From NCBI GenBank assembly GCA_963514005.1, contig OY740808.1, positions 11,904,001 through 11,968,000 on the forward strand: a DNA stretch of 64,000 bases, in the 5' to 3' direction. The stretch comes from Raja brachyura (lineage: Eukaryota). The notes under the pieces were generated by a model. That model searched no databases. It had not been told where the DNA came from and worked only from the letters and a program-made list of their open reading frames with translations. The position numbers and the translations under genes are program-made. Shown here piece by piece: positions 63,601-64,000 of the stretch; within the stretch, counting starts at the first letter, position 1, and the number at the start of each line of letters is the position of its first letter.

Positions 63601-64000
63601 TCACAATGACAAATCCTTCAAGCTACTCGTGGCCTTTTATTTTGTCAAATGTGTTTCAAGGATTTATCCTGTTTTCATGTAATTGTGCAAAACGCAATTG
63701 TCTTTCTCATATCTTCATTGCAATGATAGTCAGCGCCTTCTTTGCTCTTGACCATCAATCTTCCCTGAGCTACTTAAGTTGACAATTGAATGTATTATTG
63801 CTTTCAGTCTTATGGCGATGAATACGGAAATGGCAGGAACGTCCTCTGAATTGTTAGCTCGTCACACAGTTTTATAACCTAAAAATATACATATACACAT
63901 TGTGAACTGTTTTGAAGATTAAACTCTCCAAGCACAAATAATATGGCGGTTTGCTGCAAAGATTAATCGGCGCCATCGAAAACCTAAACGATTCATAGCA
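60700..64000 (+). repeat. Duplicate of the cluster 3 upstream flank
   Basis: Matches 38705-38746 joined to 41341-45034, i.e. without the hAT insertion. The window ends at AACGATTCATAGCA, which equals 45021-45034. Confidence 0.88.
62761..62795 (+). ncRNA. Minimal type I hammerhead ribozyme-like motif (Penelope pLTR type)
   Basis: CTGAAGA 62765-62771, stem II GGGT-ctcg-ACCC, GAAA 62785-62788, palindromic ACGT stem III, GTC triplet ending at 62792, short stem I GGT/GCC. Confidence 0.55.

Noticed and set aside
1-64000. CRISPR arrays, rRNA, or prokaryotic operons
   Set aside because: No regularly spaced direct repeats or rRNA-like sequence were seen. The content is vertebrate intron/exon DNA.

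Overview
Eukaryotic, repeat-rich, AT-rich DNA from a cartilaginous fish, probably a skate or ray (inferred from the repeat families). The window is part of a tandem array of immunoglobulin light-chain clusters of the lambda (type II/NS3-like) class, all on the + strand. Three clusters look intact: L 8823/VJ 8963/C 11656; L 24038/VJ 24178/C 27082; L 46219/VJ 46358/C 49217. Each has a leader exon, a V and J already fused in frame with no RSS (germline-joined), a J-C intron of about 2.3-2.6 kb, a 323-nt C exon, an AATAAA, and a conserved E-box/octamer/CRE-like promoter. Clusters 1 and 2 are a recent ~15-kb tandem duplication. A third copy (29.6-34.4 kb) has lost the promoter-L-VJ block and the C exon. 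The last 3.3 kb duplicate the upstream flank of cluster 3, predicting a further cluster just past the window. The rest is CR1 and Rex1/Babar LINE fragments, Penelope remnants with hammerhead-like motifs, an HE1/V-SINE, a hAT element and a foldback MITE. Manual translation also suggests, tentatively, two decayed antisense immune-receptor genes carried in the duplication unit: an LRR/TLR-like relic interleaved with the J-C intron and C exon, and a class II cytokine-receptor-like relic upstream of the promoter.
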